Shown piece by piece: positions 15,530 through 24,927 of a DNA stretch of 64,000 nt (position 1 is the first letter of the stretch; the number at the start of each line of letters is the position of its first letter). The translations under genes were made by a program, and so were the position numbers. This stretch comes from a virus: IMG/VR virus record IMGVR_UViG_3300032053_005312, positions 1 to 64,000 of that record; one strand, 5' to 3'. The notes beneath the pieces are model-generated. The model had not been told where the DNA came from. It did not search any database and saw nothing but the letters and a program-made list of their open reading frames with translations.

Positions 15530-16777
15530 ATGCAGGTCAATTATCGTGTTTCAGCATCGGGCTATCCTGTTTACCATGTTCAAATGAAAGATGCCTCGGT
15601 CTGCGAGGCACATATCGTGTCTAACTGTGGGTCTTCCCACGAAGATGCTGATTCTTGGGGCGTGGCACACTTCCTTGAGCATATGTGCTTCCAAGGAACT
15701 CCCACCAAGAATAAACACCAAGTAAGCCGTGAACAGTCCTTGATTGGTTCGTACAACGCATACACCAATCACTTCAATACTGTTTATCACTTTGATGCAC
15801 TTAACGAAGACTTTGAGAAGGGATTTGGTCTTCTCAAAGAGTCCGTTTTTGATGCTTGTTTTCCTGAAAAGGAATTCGAGAAGGAAAAGAGCGTTATTGT
15901 CGAAGAGTGGAGGATGTATGACAATTATCCATCTGAACACTTTTCTAATTATGTGATTTCAAAATGCTTTGGTGCCGATGAAGGCCACCCAATCATTGGC
16001 ACAGTAGAATCTATTCGGGGAATGAATCCCGAAAAGCTGCATAGATTCAGAAATAAGTGGTACGGCAAAAACAATATCTTTGTTGTTATTGTCGGTAACT
16101 TGGATTTTGAAAAGGTGATGGAAGTCGTTGACAAAACACTCCCGCCAGCACCAGAAGTAGAAACCAGCCCTGTATGTTTGAACGGCTTCTTTGCAGATCA
16201 ACCGAAGTACAACTTTGAAACTGATCGTTTTGAACAAGCTGTGTTTGGCATGGTTCGTAAGTGGTCATCCCCAAAAGAGGTTTACAAGAACCGCTATATT
16301 GCGAGCTTTTTTTCCTCTGCTTTGTCCAATTATATGCACGAGTATATTCGAGACGACCTTGGCTTGTGCTATGGTGTCTGGAGCAGTCGCTTCCGTCACT
16401 TTGACAATTCCAATTTGATGATCTCGATGCTCACCAATAATGGATATTTGGAGAAGGCCGAAACTGAACTTGCGAATTTGTTTGCCAAGATTAAATCAGA
16501 AGGCTTTCCGAATGAAGTCTTTGAGATCGCCAAAAAGAGTTTGACTTATAATCAAGTCAAAACGCTTGATAACGTCGGCGGCATCGCTGGTTCGGTGGTC
16601 AATGGCGTACTCAGTTCAGTTGATAAGGATTGGTTCCTGACCGAAGGACAAAAGGGCATGGACCCTGTTTGGCTCAAGTCTGTGGCCGCACAACTGACCC
16701 AGGAAGACCTGAAGGAATTTGCTAACACTTGGCTCGGCGACTTCACCAAGTTCGCTATGGTTTCGACCAAGAAGTAA
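15530..16777 (+). CDS. M16-family zinc peptidase
   Basis: GVAHFLEHMCFQGT; NAYT; EKSVIVEE. Confidence 0.9.
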   Translation: MQVNYRVSASGYPVYHVQMKDASVCEAHIVSNCGSSHEDADSWGVAHFLEHMCFQGTPTKNKHQVSREQSLIGSYNAYTNHFNTVYHFDALNEDFEKGFGLLKESVFDACFPEKEFEKEKSVIVEEWRMYDNYPSEHFSNYVISKCFGADEGHPIIGTVESIRGMNPEKLHRFRNKWYGKNNIFVVIVGNLDFEKVMEVVDKTLPPAPEVETSPVCLNGFFADQPKYNFETDRFEQAVFGMVRKWSSPKEVYKNRYIASFFSSALSNYMHEYIRDDLGLCYGVWSSRFRHFDNSNLMISMLTNNGYLEKAETELANLFAKIKSEGFPNEVFEIAKKSLTYNQVKTLDNVGGIAGSVVNGVLSSVDKDWFLTEGQKGMDPVWLKSVAAQLTQEDLKEFANTWLGDFTKFAMVSTKK

Positions 16778-16781
16778 ATGC

Positions 16782-16810
16782 TTTACAGGCTAGTTGATTT
16801 GTGGTACTAT
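16782..16810 (+). promoter_or_regulatory. Sigma70-type promoter TTTACA-N17-TACTAT
   Basis: Member of the repeated TTTACA..GTGGTAnAAT family. Confidence 0.6.
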
Positions 16811-16833
16811 CAGATGTAAGGAACGGAGATACC

Positions 16834-17382
16834 ATGAAGTACGTCGAAGCATTCTCACTGGAACACCCGGCTCAATATCGAGGCGGGCCTCTAGGCAATA
16901 TTGTCCCAGGAGAAAACAGTTTGTTCCTGGGCGGTGGCATCACGGGCTGCTTTGATTGGCAGGCCGAAATGTGTCGCCTATTGAAAGATGTGGACGACCT
17001 CGTGGTACTCAATCCTCGGCGTAAGAACTGGCCGATGAATGATCCTAATGATCCTAACGACCCTAACGACCCTAACGACCCTAACGACCCTAACGCCACT
17101 GACAAGCAGATCAGGTGGGAATACGAACATCTTCAGACGGCGAACATGATTATGTTCTGGTTCGCCCCTGAGACGCTGTGTCCCATCACTCTGTTTGAAT
17201 ATGGCAAGTGGTTGGTTCGCAACAAGCCACTGTTCGTCGGTTGTGATCCGCAATACAAGCGGCTTCTCGACGTGCAGGTTCAGACTGCTCTGGAGCGACC
17301 TTTCCAGAAAGTCTATACGAGTCTTGAAGAAGTGGCAGATAGCATTCTGCTGCATCTCGACAGATACACGGAGACTGAGTGA
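16834..17382 (+). CDS. Nucleoside 2-deoxyribosyltransferase-like protein
   Basis: LFLGGGI..WQ..LNPRR..QIRWE..FWF..PITLFEYG. Confidence 0.8.
   Translation: MKYVEAFSLEHPAQYRGGPLGNIVPGENSLFLGGGITGCFDWQAEMCRLLKDVDDLVVLNPRRKNWPMNDPNDPNDPNDPNDPNDPNATDKQIRWEYEHLQTANMIMFWFAPETLCPITLFEYGKWLVRNKPLFVGCDPQYKRLLDVQVQTALERPFQKVYTSLEEVADSILLHLDRYTETE
17038..17094 (+). repeat. 9-bp tandem repeat encoding (NDP)6
   Basis: AAYGAYCCT x6. Confidence 0.9.
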
Positions 17383-17603
17383 CCATGCTAGTTACGACTA
17401 TTGAAGCGGTCTTCAATCCACAACTATGGCAAGAGTTGTGGCGTGAAGTCATGAAGGACGAAGTGCCGGGTTCAAAAGCCTACCTCAAGGCTGAATACTA
17501 TATGGGGCAAGCAATTGCTTTATATGGAGCCGAAACGCTCATTAAGGAACACAATGAGCGAGAAAAGATTTTCGATAAGCCTTTTGAACTTCTTGGTAAA
17601 TAG
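17379..17603 (+). CDS. Hypothetical protein
   Basis: GTGA overlap with the upstream gene. Confidence 0.5.
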   Translation: MTMLVTTIEAVFNPQLWQELWREVMKDEVPGSKAYLKAEYYMGQAIALYGAETLIKEHNEREKIFDKPFELLGK

Positions 17604-17612
17604 ATAAGATAT

Positions 17613-17683
17613 GTCTCGGCCTGCGGATCAGGCGTTGGGCCTCCGAAGCCCGAATGAAAAAGGTTCAACTCCTTTCCGGGATA
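17613..17683 (+). tRNA. Atypical tRNA-Arg(CCG)
   Basis: G1:U72; CCT-GCGGATC-AGG; TTGGGC-CTCCGAA-GCCCGA. Confidence 0.8.
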
Positions 17684-17688
17684 CTTTT

Positions 17689-17756
17689 GCCCCAGCCGTC
17701 GAACGGTGCCAGCACTTCTAAGGCAGGCTTAGTAGGTTTAACTCCTACCTGGGGTA
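17689..17756 (+). tRNA. Atypical tRNA-Arg(TCT), weak anticodon stem
   Basis: G1:U72; CCG-TCGAA-CGG; loop CTTCTAA. Confidence 0.65.
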
Positions 17757-17778
17757 CTTGGTTGACCCATTTTAAGAA

Positions 17779-17851
17779 GCGGAATGCGCATAATGGCTGT
17801 TGCCCCTGATTTCCAATCAGGTCTGAATGGGTTCGATTCCCATATTCCGCA
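17779..17851 (+). tRNA. tRNA-Gly(TCC)
   Basis: CCTGA-TTTCCAA-TCAGG; A73. Confidence 0.8.
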
Positions 17852-17855
17852 CTAT

Positions 17856-17927
17856 GCGGGTGTAACTCAATGGTAGAGTACCTGCCTTCCAAGCAGGTTG
17901 TTGTGGGTTCGAGTCCCATCGCCCGCT
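17856..17927 (+). tRNA. tRNA-Gly(TCC)
   Basis: Canonical. Confidence 0.93.
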
Positions 17928-17932
17928 CTTAG

Positions 17933-18616
17933 CTAGTTGTCCAAAAACTCCGGCACGTCAACCGTGTGCGGCACCGGACTGAAAGAATCTCTCCAATGGA
18001 CAGAATCTTCTAGTCCTTTGTCACGCAAAGCGTTAGCCAATTCAATTTCTGTTTTGGTTCTGGATGTTTCTGTTCTCCAAATAACTGCTGAGTAGTCGCC
18101 ACTCCCATTGGAATTACGAAGGATCATGTCTGGAATTTGGCTTGGGCTGACTTTAATCTCGCCAAATTTTGTTTTCACAAAACAATCATGATCTCTTATG
18201 ATGATTTTGGTTGGAGTTCCGAGTTCCGATGTCATATTGTTCTGGTTGGTGCCTATAATGGAATTCGCTCCACCAAGAACTGCGTTGACACCAAGTCCTG
18301 TTCCAATTGTTCTTGCCATATATGGGAACAAACTTCCCCAAGGGATTCCAGACCCTAACAATAAACCAATGGCCGCAGCACCGAGAGCGCCATACTTCAA
18401 CATTGTTTTGTTTTTGTCCCACCATTTTCTGGCCCAAGATTTTTCTTTTGGAGGAACTGTTGGGACTTGGATGCTTTTAGGCATTGGAGGGACTTGTGTG
18501 GCGACTTGGCGATTCACAACTTTGTCATCTAAAGCGTTTTGCTCTGCTTCCACCAAGCATCTGATTCCAATTTCTATATTGCGTCTATTTGTAAACTCTT
18601 TGAATGATGTGTTCAT
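17933..18616 (-). CDS. Hypothetical membrane protein
   Basis: 227-aa ORF with Gly-rich TM segment. Confidence 0.55.
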   Translation of the reverse strand: MNTSFKEFTNRRNIEIGIRCLVEAEQNALDDKVVNRQVATQVPPMPKSIQVPTVPPKEKSWARKWWDKNKTMLKYGALGAAAIGLLLGSGIPWGSLFPYMARTIGTGLGVNAVLGGANSIIGTNQNNMTSELGTPTKIIIRDHDCFVKTKFGEIKVSPSQIPDMILRNSNGSGDYSAVIWRTETSRTKTEIELANALRDKGLEDSVHWRDSFSPVPHTVDVPEFLDN

Positions 18617-18702
18617 TTACGCCTAATCTTTTATCCATTGGTGGAAATCTAACATTTTGTGCTGCTATTATATAGAATTAAAAAGAAATATTTGGGTGTT
18701 TC

Positions 18703-19086
18703 ATGAAACAAGAAACTGAAGACAAGATAGTTGCAGAGTTCCCGGAATACTTTCCTGATTTCCGTGGCGATCCAACTAAGACCTGTCTTGCGTGGGGACT
18801 TGCTGTCGGCGAAGGATGGAGTAACTTGTTCCATCAGTTGTGTCGTGATATAAAAGCGACCAACCCGCCTGAAGGCTTCAAGTTCGAGCAGGTCAAGGAA
18901 AAATTCGGTGGCTTGCGAGTGTATGCTTCTGGCGGCACGAGCGAGATCGGCAAATTGATTGATGCCGCCGAAAATGATTCCTATACGATCTGCGAAAATT
19001 GTGGAACTAAGGAAGGCGTGAAGTCCGAGGGCGCTTGGATTACTACCTTGTGTGGCAATTGTCGTGGGACGATCAAAGCCGTATGA
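18703..19086 (+). CDS. Conserved phage protein
   Basis: GEGW..QVKEKFGGLRVY..CENCG..WITTLC. Confidence 0.75.
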   Translation: MKQETEDKIVAEFPEYFPDFRGDPTKTCLAWGLAVGEGWSNLFHQLCRDIKATNPPEGFKFEQVKEKFGGLRVYASGGTSEIGKLIDAAENDSYTICENCGTKEGVKSEGAWITTLCGNCRGTIKAV

Positions 19087-19092
19087 GTAAAT

Positions 19093-19164
19093 GCCGGTGT
19101 AACTCAGTGGTAGAGTAGTTGTTTTGTAAACAACCTGTCGGGGGTTCGATTCCCTTCACCGGCT
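19093..19164 (+). tRNA. tRNA-Thr(TGT)
   Basis: Canonical. Confidence 0.93.
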
Positions 19165-19215
19165 CTTTTTGACAAGCCTGAATTTGTGACCTATGCTTCA
19201 AGCAGGAGGCCACAA

Positions 19216-19416
19216 ATGCAAGTGATCTGTGCTTGGTGTAAAAAAGACATGGGGCAAAAGGAACCGTTGGAAGAGAATTTGATCTCTCACGGTATTTGCC
19301 CCATCTGTGTTGCTGCTATTGAGGCAGAAATACATACTCTTCAGGATACTTGCCCTGTGGGTTATTGCGATCCACAATCGGCAGAAATGGTACACCCGAC
19401 TTTCCAAATATCGTGA
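19216..19416 (+). CDS. Small Zn-binding hypothetical protein
   Basis: RBS GGAGG; CAWC..SHGICPIC. Confidence 0.6.
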   Translation: MQVICAWCKKDMGQKEPLEENLISHGICPICVAAIEAEIHTLQDTCPVGYCDPQSAEMVHPTFQIS

Positions 19417-20242
19417 AGTCGCCGCTCTTAGCGTGTACTCGACTGCCATAGGAACCGTTAATGGTATTCATGAACGCCCTCAGTTCCGTGGCAGCGATCT
19501 TTCCATCTCCGTTCGGGTCGATGGCACTACTTTTCTCCGCCATAGCATTGAATATCTTTGCCATGATGTTTCCTTGAACATATGCAGCGCTTGTCTCATT
19601 GGCCGATGAACTGGCAAACATGGTTATGAGTTCTTGTTGACGAGGCGACAAACTTCCAATATCAGGAAGCCCAGCACTCGCATAACAACTCAGTTGCCAC
19701 CAGAATATTTTCTGATTGTTCTTTTCGGCAATATCAGCGATGACCTTGAGGACTTCTGATCTGCGTCCCAAGTTGTCTACACTCCCACCAGGGAAGCCGT
19801 GGCCAATAGTGAACAATATCAATGTGTCGCCCGGCGTAGCATCAGTCTTGATATACTGGTTCAAATATTGCGACAATGTTTCAATGGAGTACATTCTTTC
19901 AACGGTTTCTGGATCGGCCATTTGGAAGCCCATATACCGACCGTCTACGAAGTGGTTGCCGACAACCTTGATGTTTAGACCCTTCTCAGAAGCCTTCTGA
20001 GCAGCTTTAATGGCTAGATCGGCATCACCGTCAGCCATGTGTTCTCTGGAGTGCTTGATGCACAGCAGGCGAATCTTGGGGGTTGGTGTTTCGGCACCGT
20101 AGTACCGAGTTGGCACCGTGGTCTGTTGAGTTGAAGAATTGACATTGCCACAGCCGACAATGCCGACAATGCCGAATATAAATACAAGCGGAAGTATCCA
20201 CCCGAATAGGCGTCGATCCATCGTATACCTCATTTTGAACAA
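19316..20242 (-). CDS. Lipoprotein with caspase/C13-like His-Cys dyad
   Basis: Signal peptide with IVGC lipobox; LFTIGHG and QLSCYAS; EF-hand-like DPNGDGKI. Confidence 0.6.
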   Translation of the reverse strand: MFKMRYTMDRRLFGWILPLVFIFGIVGIVGCGNVNSSTQQTTVPTRYYGAETPTPKIRLLCIKHSREHMADGDADLAIKAAQKASEKGLNIKVVGNHFVDGRYMGFQMADPETVERMYSIETLSQYLNQYIKTDATPGDTLILFTIGHGFPGGSVDNLGRRSEVLKVIADIAEKNNQKIFWWQLSCYASAGLPDIGSLSPRQQELITMFASSSANETSAAYVQGNIMAKIFNAMAEKSSAIDPNGDGKIAATELRAFMNTINGSYGSRVHAKSGDFTIFGKSGVPFLPIVDRNNPQGKYPEEYVFLPQ

Positions 20243-20282
20243 TCCTTGTTGCTATATCTAGTTATGAAAGTGGGGACGATAA

Positions 20283-20675
20283 ATGGTAATCGTTGGAAGA
20301 ATATCCTTGGTCGATCACCCTACGGCTGTTCACCTACAAGTTGGCACGATTCAGGGCAAAACCGTTGTCGTGGGTCGCCACTATGACGAAGGCACCTTTG
20401 GATTTTTCATTCCAAATGGGGCGATTGTGCCGGACAAGCTGGCTGACGAGATGTGGGTGAAGGGCAAATTGTCCGGCAAAAACAAGGATCGAGTCAAAGC
20501 CAGGGAGATGCACGGCGTTTTTTCCGAAGGACTGTTTTACGGCAGTCGGTACTTTGTGGTAGAATTTGGTGAAAAGGTCTACATCGACAGCCCACGCTGG
20601 AACCCTGCCTGGGTTGAGGGTCAAGATGTGGCGAACGAAGTGGGGGTTCTTGAAAGTGGCCCGCCATCAACTTAA
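20283..20675 (+). CDS. tRNA-binding OB-fold protein (like RNA-ligase N-domain)
   Basis: HPTAVHL..VVVG..RVKAREMHGVFSEGL..EGQDV. Confidence 0.65.
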   Translation: MVIVGRISLVDHPTAVHLQVGTIQGKTVVVGRHYDEGTFGFFIPNGAIVPDKLADEMWVKGKLSGKNKDRVKAREMHGVFSEGLFYGSRYFVVEFGEKVYIDSPRWNPAWVEGQDVANEVGVLESGPPST

Positions 20676-20718
20676 AATACTGAGTCAGTAGTTCATACAT
20701 AAGGAGTATCGCTTCAAT

Positions 20719-21057
20719 ATGAGTGAAACAATAACGCTCCCGGAGCCAAAAGAGAAAGTCGATAACAAGACTGATAACAAGACTAAGCGTCAACCACCAT
20801 ATAACGTCATTCTGATGAATGACGACGATCACACGGTCGAATATGTTGTGACGTTGTGCCAAAAAATCTTTGGCTTCCCAATAGAAAAGGGTCTGTTGAA
20901 AGCTAAAGAGGTCCACGAAAAGGGTCGGTCTATTTTGTGGACTGGCGCTCTCGAATTGGCCGAGTTGAAGCAAGAACAAATTCACGCTGTTGGTAAAGAC
21001 CCGCAGATTAACCGCTGCAAGGGTAGTATGACTGCGGTATTGGAACCGGCAGCGTAA
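20719..21057 (+). CDS. clpS: ATP-dependent Clp protease adaptor ClpS
   Basis: PPYNVILMNDDDHTVEYVV..EVHEKGRS. Confidence 0.92.
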   Translation: MSETITLPEPKEKVDNKTDNKTKRQPPYNVILMNDDDHTVEYVVTLCQKIFGFPIEKGLLKAKEVHEKGRSILWTGALELAELKQEQIHAVGKDPQINRCKGSMTAVLEPAA

Positions 21058-21067
21058 CAGGAGAACA

Positions 21068-21532
21068 ATGAGAGGAATATTGGTTTCGCTGGCCGTCGTA
21101 TTCGGTTTTATAATCGTGGTCGCCCTCGTGCATCAAAAGCCAAGCGAGCCACAGCAGATTGCTGTTATATCAACAGAATCACCCCTTCCCGCTCCCACCC
21201 AGGTTGAGCCTCAAGCAAAAATAGATAATCCTCCGGCAAGCATGAAGATGCCGGAACCAATGGTAATCACGTCATATAAAGATGTGAATCGCATTCCAGA
21301 TGCAGGTCTTCGCACCTTCGTTCGCCGCAAGGCAGATTTTCGTCACGATAATGTTCTCTTCTTTGAGTGGAAGGGTATTTCTGGCGACAAGATGATTGGT
21401 GAGGTTAAAGACAAAAAATACACGATCACTTTACATCCTGCATATACTGTCATGTTTGGACAAGAAGTTGTGCATCGGCAGATATTTGTGATTCCAGCTT
21501 CGTATCCTTACGTTTGCGAAGTCGCCAAGTGA
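21068..21532 (+). CDS. Hypothetical membrane-anchored protein
   Basis: RBS GGAG; N-terminal TM segment. Confidence 0.55.
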   Translation: MRGILVSLAVVFGFIIVVALVHQKPSEPQQIAVISTESPLPAPTQVEPQAKIDNPPASMKMPEPMVITSYKDVNRIPDAGLRTFVRRKADFRHDNVLFFEWKGISGDKMIGEVKDKKYTITLHPAYTVMFGQEVVHRQIFVIPASYPYVCEVAK

Positions 21533-21554
21533 GTGCATGTCTATACTGTAGATC

Positions 21555-21788
21555 ATGAACCTTTGGCTTAAACTCGCCGTCGCAAGAAGGATTGCAGCGG
21601 AACTACAAATCAAGTATTGTGGCGTTCCTTACGGCGATGACTCCGAGCCTATCGAAGACGAGATGATTGAACATCTCTGGAGTCATCCAGAATTCGATGA
21701 AGATATGTGGCTCAACGTCCATTGGGACGATTTTGAGTGCGTCTGCTGGGTCCAGGTTGGAGTCGGCCTTGAACTCGTTCCGAGATAA
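21555..21788 (+). CDS. Hypothetical protein
   Basis: ORF in gene array. Confidence 0.5.
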   Translation: MNLWLKLAVARRIAAELQIKYCGVPYGDDSEPIEDEMIEHLWSHPEFDEDMWLNVHWDDFECVCWVQVGVGLELVPR

Positions 21789-21790
21789 AC

Positions 21791-22051
21791 ATGGCAAGAA
21801 TCAGTAAAATCATTTGGATTAAAGATGATGACGGGACGATTTCTTTGGACACAATTCCTGGCATGACTCGCCAGGATATATTCCAAGCATCCCTTATCAT
21901 AACTGACAAAGGCCGCATTCTGAAAAATCGTCTCGGCCCGGACAATCAGATAATTCCATCGTTCGATCTCGTGAAGCAAGCTGTCAAGCCGCCCAAGAAA
22001 TCCAAATATCGTTCGATATACGATTCAATGGATATGAATGCCGATCTATGA
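21791..22051 (+). CDS. Hypothetical protein with KYRSIYD C-terminal motif
   Basis: ORF in gene array. Confidence 0.55.
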   Translation: MARISKIIWIKDDDGTISLDTIPGMTRQDIFQASLIITDKGRILKNRLGPDNQIIPSFDLVKQAVKPPKKSKYRSIYDSMDMNADL

Positions 22052-22299
22052 GCGATTCAATTTGGCTGGAAGCATCAGTTAAATTCCTCAAGACTTCATG
22101 GGAAGAAGTCCAAGACGGCGATGTGGTATATTACCAAATCATTCGGCGTCATCACGACAACAATGCCCACGGGCCATTTATCGTTGTCGATAAAACCCGT
22201 GGCAGATTGCGGAATGGAAATGGGGTTGAACTGAATTTCAATTCTGATAATCTGCAACTGTTGAAGTTCGACCTTGTGTCCATATTGATGGGCGATTAG
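22048..22299 (+). CDS. Hypothetical protein
   Basis: ATGA overlap. Confidence 0.5.
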   Translation: MSDSIWLEASVKFLKTSWEEVQDGDVVYYQIIRRHHDNNAHGPFIVVDKTRGRLRNGNGVELNFNSDNLQLLKFDLVSILMGD

Positions 22300-22362
22300 C
22301 TCAGTTGGTTAGATCGCCTGCTTTACACGCAGGAAGTCGGGGTTCGAGTCCCTCATCGCCTA
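22290..22362 (+). tRNA. tRNA-Val(TAC)
   Basis: CCTGC-TTTACAC-GCAGG. Confidence 0.92.
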
Positions 22363-22368
22363 CTCGAA

Positions 22369-22397
22369 TTTACAAGTCATCAATTTCGTGGTATAGT
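22369..22397 (+). promoter_or_regulatory. Promoter TTTACA-N17-TATAGT
   Basis: Repeated promoter family. Confidence 0.6.
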
Positions 22398-22406
22398 TCC
22401 ATCACT

Positions 22407-22868
22407 ATGGCACAGAAACTTTTTATTCCGAATCTCGGAACGCTGATGATTTTGGCTGAAGATTGGACTTTCAAGCTCTATTTTGAGCGAAGAAATGACA
22501 CCATGATTCAGGCGTTCGGCGGCAAGAAAAGTCGTTGGTGGTGGGGCGATAAGCTCAGTGCCGATGATTTCGAGGATGGAAAAATTCCTCCTATTGAATA
22601 CGAGAAGGCCATGTCCGAAAAAGAGTTAGGCGAAGCCTACCAATCCTTCCGGGCCACCAATGCTGAAGACAAGCCGTTTATTCGAGTCACCCTGCTGAAA
22701 GGCACTCAACTCAAGGTTGACCGAATCTATATTCGCCGAGGCAGGGAATCATTCAGTTCTGTGACATTTCGTACAACCAAAATTTGTCCTGAAAAGCGCT
22801 TTGCAAGCAAGCGATTTTGGGCTAAACTTCGTGAGGCAAATGAGATCGTTGCCGATGTTATTGGGTAG
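22407..22868 (+). CDS. Conserved jumbo-phage hypothetical protein
   Basis: LAEDWTFKLYFERRN..LKVDRIYIR..RFWAKL. Confidence 0.7.
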   Translation: MAQKLFIPNLGTLMILAEDWTFKLYFERRNDTMIQAFGGKKSRWWWGDKLSADDFEDGKIPPIEYEKAMSEKELGEAYQSFRATNAEDKPFIRVTLLKGTQLKVDRIYIRRGRESFSSVTFRTTKICPEKRFASKRFWAKLREANEIVADVIG

Positions 22869-22869
22869 T

Positions 22870-23040
22870 TCGCCCAAGCTATAAGCAACATTCCAAATTG
22901 GAGACGGGAGATTTGGTTATGCGACTAAAATCTCCAGAACGTGTCGATGAAATGGTGCGATTGCTCCTACAATATAAGCAGGAGGTTTGGCCGAAACCGA
23001 CAACGGATGGTCAACATAGGCACTCAAGCCTCAACTGATA
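22870..23040 (+). ncRNA. Structured intergenic RNA candidate
   Basis: Hairpins GGAGATTT/AAATCTCC, CTCCT/AGGAG, TGTCG/CGACA. Confidence 0.4.
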
Positions 23041-23041
23041 T

Positions 23042-23112
23042 TGCCCGATGGTGTAATGGTAGCACAATTGACTTTGACTCAATTAGACCAAGTTCGAGTC
23101 TTGGTTGGGCAA
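23042..23112 (+). tRNA. tRNA-Gln(TTG)
   Basis: ATTGA-CTTTGAC-TCAAT. Confidence 0.92.
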
Positions 23113-23114
23113 CT

Positions 23115-23279
23115 ATGGCAAGATCACTACAAAAAGATCAAAGCATCACTCAAAAAAATGATGCCAGCAGCATTGGGAACAAGCGTCGGAAGGCTCGGAA
23201 GGCCAAGACGAATTCCAATAAACGTGACCGTCAATTTCTAAACAAAGACCTAAAGGAACAGATCATGAGCTTGTGCTAA
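23115..23279 (+). CDS. Small basic protein upstream of frr
   Basis: MARSLQK..KRRKARKAK; stop 22 nt before the frr ATG. Confidence 0.5.
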   Translation: MARSLQKDQSITQKNDASSIGNKRRKARKAKTNSNKRDRQFLNKDLKEQIMSLC

Positions 23280-23301
23280 CTTAAACGAAGCCCGGTCCTC
23301 G

Positions 23302-23772
23302 ATGGACAAGGCATTTGAATTTTTCCGTGACCAAATGCGAGGCATCAGGCATGGAGAAATCTCCACTGGCCTCATCGACACAATCCGGGTGGAAGCATAC
23401 GAGCAGCGATTGCCGCTCAAGCAACTGGCCTGGACAGCACCAGATAAAAATAACCGAATCCTAGTGTCACCGTATGACACAGCTTTATTGGGAGCGATTG
23501 ATCGTGCCATTAGAGCAGAAGGGTTCAACTCCTATGTTTTCTCCAAAACCCAGGTGGTAGTCAATTGTCCGGTTCGTAGTGGCGAAGATACAGAACGGGT
23601 GATCCAACAGATCAATAAGCTGGCCGAAGAAGCCAGAGTTGTGATTAGGAATATCCGAAAGAAGATTCGCCAAAAAGCCGAAGAGGATATAGACAAGCCG
23701 CTTCAAAAGTTGACGGATGAAAAGATCAAAGAAATCAATGATCTCGTTGACTATAAGGTGAAGTGCTTATGA
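23302..23772 (+). CDS. frr: Ribosome recycling factor (compact)
   Basis: IRHG..LIDTIRVEAY..PLKQLA..PYD..EEARVVIRNIRK..LQKLTD. Confidence 0.88.
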   Translation: MDKAFEFFRDQMRGIRHGEISTGLIDTIRVEAYEQRLPLKQLAWTAPDKNNRILVSPYDTALLGAIDRAIRAEGFNSYVFSKTQVVVNCPVRSGEDTERVIQQINKLAEEARVVIRNIRKKIRQKAEEDIDKPLQKLTDEKIKEINDLVDYKVKCL

Positions 23773-24200
23773 CGCATCCGAATATGATCCCGGTCAGTTG
23801 TTCCAACATAGATGAGATGCGTCTGCTGGCACAACAGATGCGTGCTTTGTGTCTCGTGGACCCCGATAAAGTCGAAGGATATACGGCCTCGACTACTAAG
23901 GAAGAATGCGACAAGCGTTCTTTGGATGTTCAGGCAGACATAATCGCAAGTGGTCATTTGCGATTCATTCACTATCCACCAGATGGTCGTATTGTGAATG
24001 TTGTTTACACGCTATTGGAACCTGAGAGTGGCGAAAAGGAATGGAACCTTTCCATGAGCCATGCCACTCTTGCTGGGCCGAGGCGAGTTGAAGACGATCT
24101 TGCCAAGATGATTTGCGAAGCGTTCTTGGATGACTTCTACCAAGAAGTTGATCCCAAGGCGTATTGGAAAAACGTGAGGCATTTCGTCAAGGCTGCATGA
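23769..24200 (+). CDS. Hypothetical protein
   Basis: ATGA overlap. Confidence 0.55.
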   Translation: MTHPNMIPVSCSNIDEMRLLAQQMRALCLVDPDKVEGYTASTTKEECDKRSLDVQADIIASGHLRFIHYPPDGRIVNVVYTLLEPESGEKEWNLSMSHATLAGPRRVEDDLAKMICEAFLDDFYQEVDPKAYWKNVRHFVKAA

Positions 24201-24203
24201 AAA

Positions 24204-24518
24204 CATGATGGTTGGTTTTGGTTTGCGTCAATATTATTTATGTTGACTGCTAAACCAGGGATAGGAACCGATGATAAACTCTGTAGTGTAAGCAACACGC
24301 CATTCAATGGTCCTCGTGCCGTAATTGGATGGAAATGCTTGGTAAATCCAATAGGCCACCAGTTTGCTGGGTTCTATGGGCTAGTCCGAGAGAGAGCGAG
24401 TCAAAGGGTGGTATTCCCTGTACGCAAATTGACAACGCCTACGGGATTAACGACCGGGGCCGATAGTCTAGCAGTCCTTCGGCAGTGGGTTTGACCCCCA
24501 CAGGGACCAACCATCATG
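24204..24518 (+). ncRNA. ~315-nt large structured ncRNA with T-arm-like 3' hairpin
   Basis: 13-bp terminal helix CATGATGGTTGGT/ACCAACCATCATG; GTGGG-TTTGACC-CCCAC. Confidence 0.6.
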
Positions 24519-24536
24519 CCTTTTAGAAAGCAGAAC

Positions 24537-24644
24537 ATGAAGTTCGCCATACTGATCCTTGTGGTGTCGATTTCAGGATGTGTCACACTCGATCCACACA
24601 AGATGCCTCCGCTGCATCTTGTGGCAAAACAGAAGGCTAAATGA
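24537..24644 (+). CDS. 35-aa putative lipoprotein
   Basis: MKFAILILVVSISGC lipobox; below ORF-track cutoff. Confidence 0.5.
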   Translation: MKFAILILVVSISGCVTLDPHKMPPLHLVAKQKAK

Positions 24645-24666
24645 ACATTTATAAACCTATTCGTGA

Positions 24667-24908
24667 TGGTCCAGACAGAAAGAAATTTCTCGTTTGGAAC
24701 TACTTGGAGAATCTAATGCCAACAATCTCATTGAGATTAGCTTGGATGCCCCCTGGCCACCGGAAAACCGAGATCAGGGTCAATGATTTGAGTGGTTCTT
24801 GGCACTGGCAGGCTGTCAGGAGTGGGGATTCTGTCATAGAATAGCCGAACTAAGGTTCGCTCAAAGGGAGCGGACACGAATAAGGCGAATAAAGGCAGAG
24901 CGGGACCA
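24667..24908 (+). ncRNA. ~240-nt structured ncRNA candidate
   Basis: TGGTCC/GGACCA closing stem; several internal hairpins. Confidence 0.4.
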
Positions 24909-24927
24909 CAGATTATCTGCTAACTTT

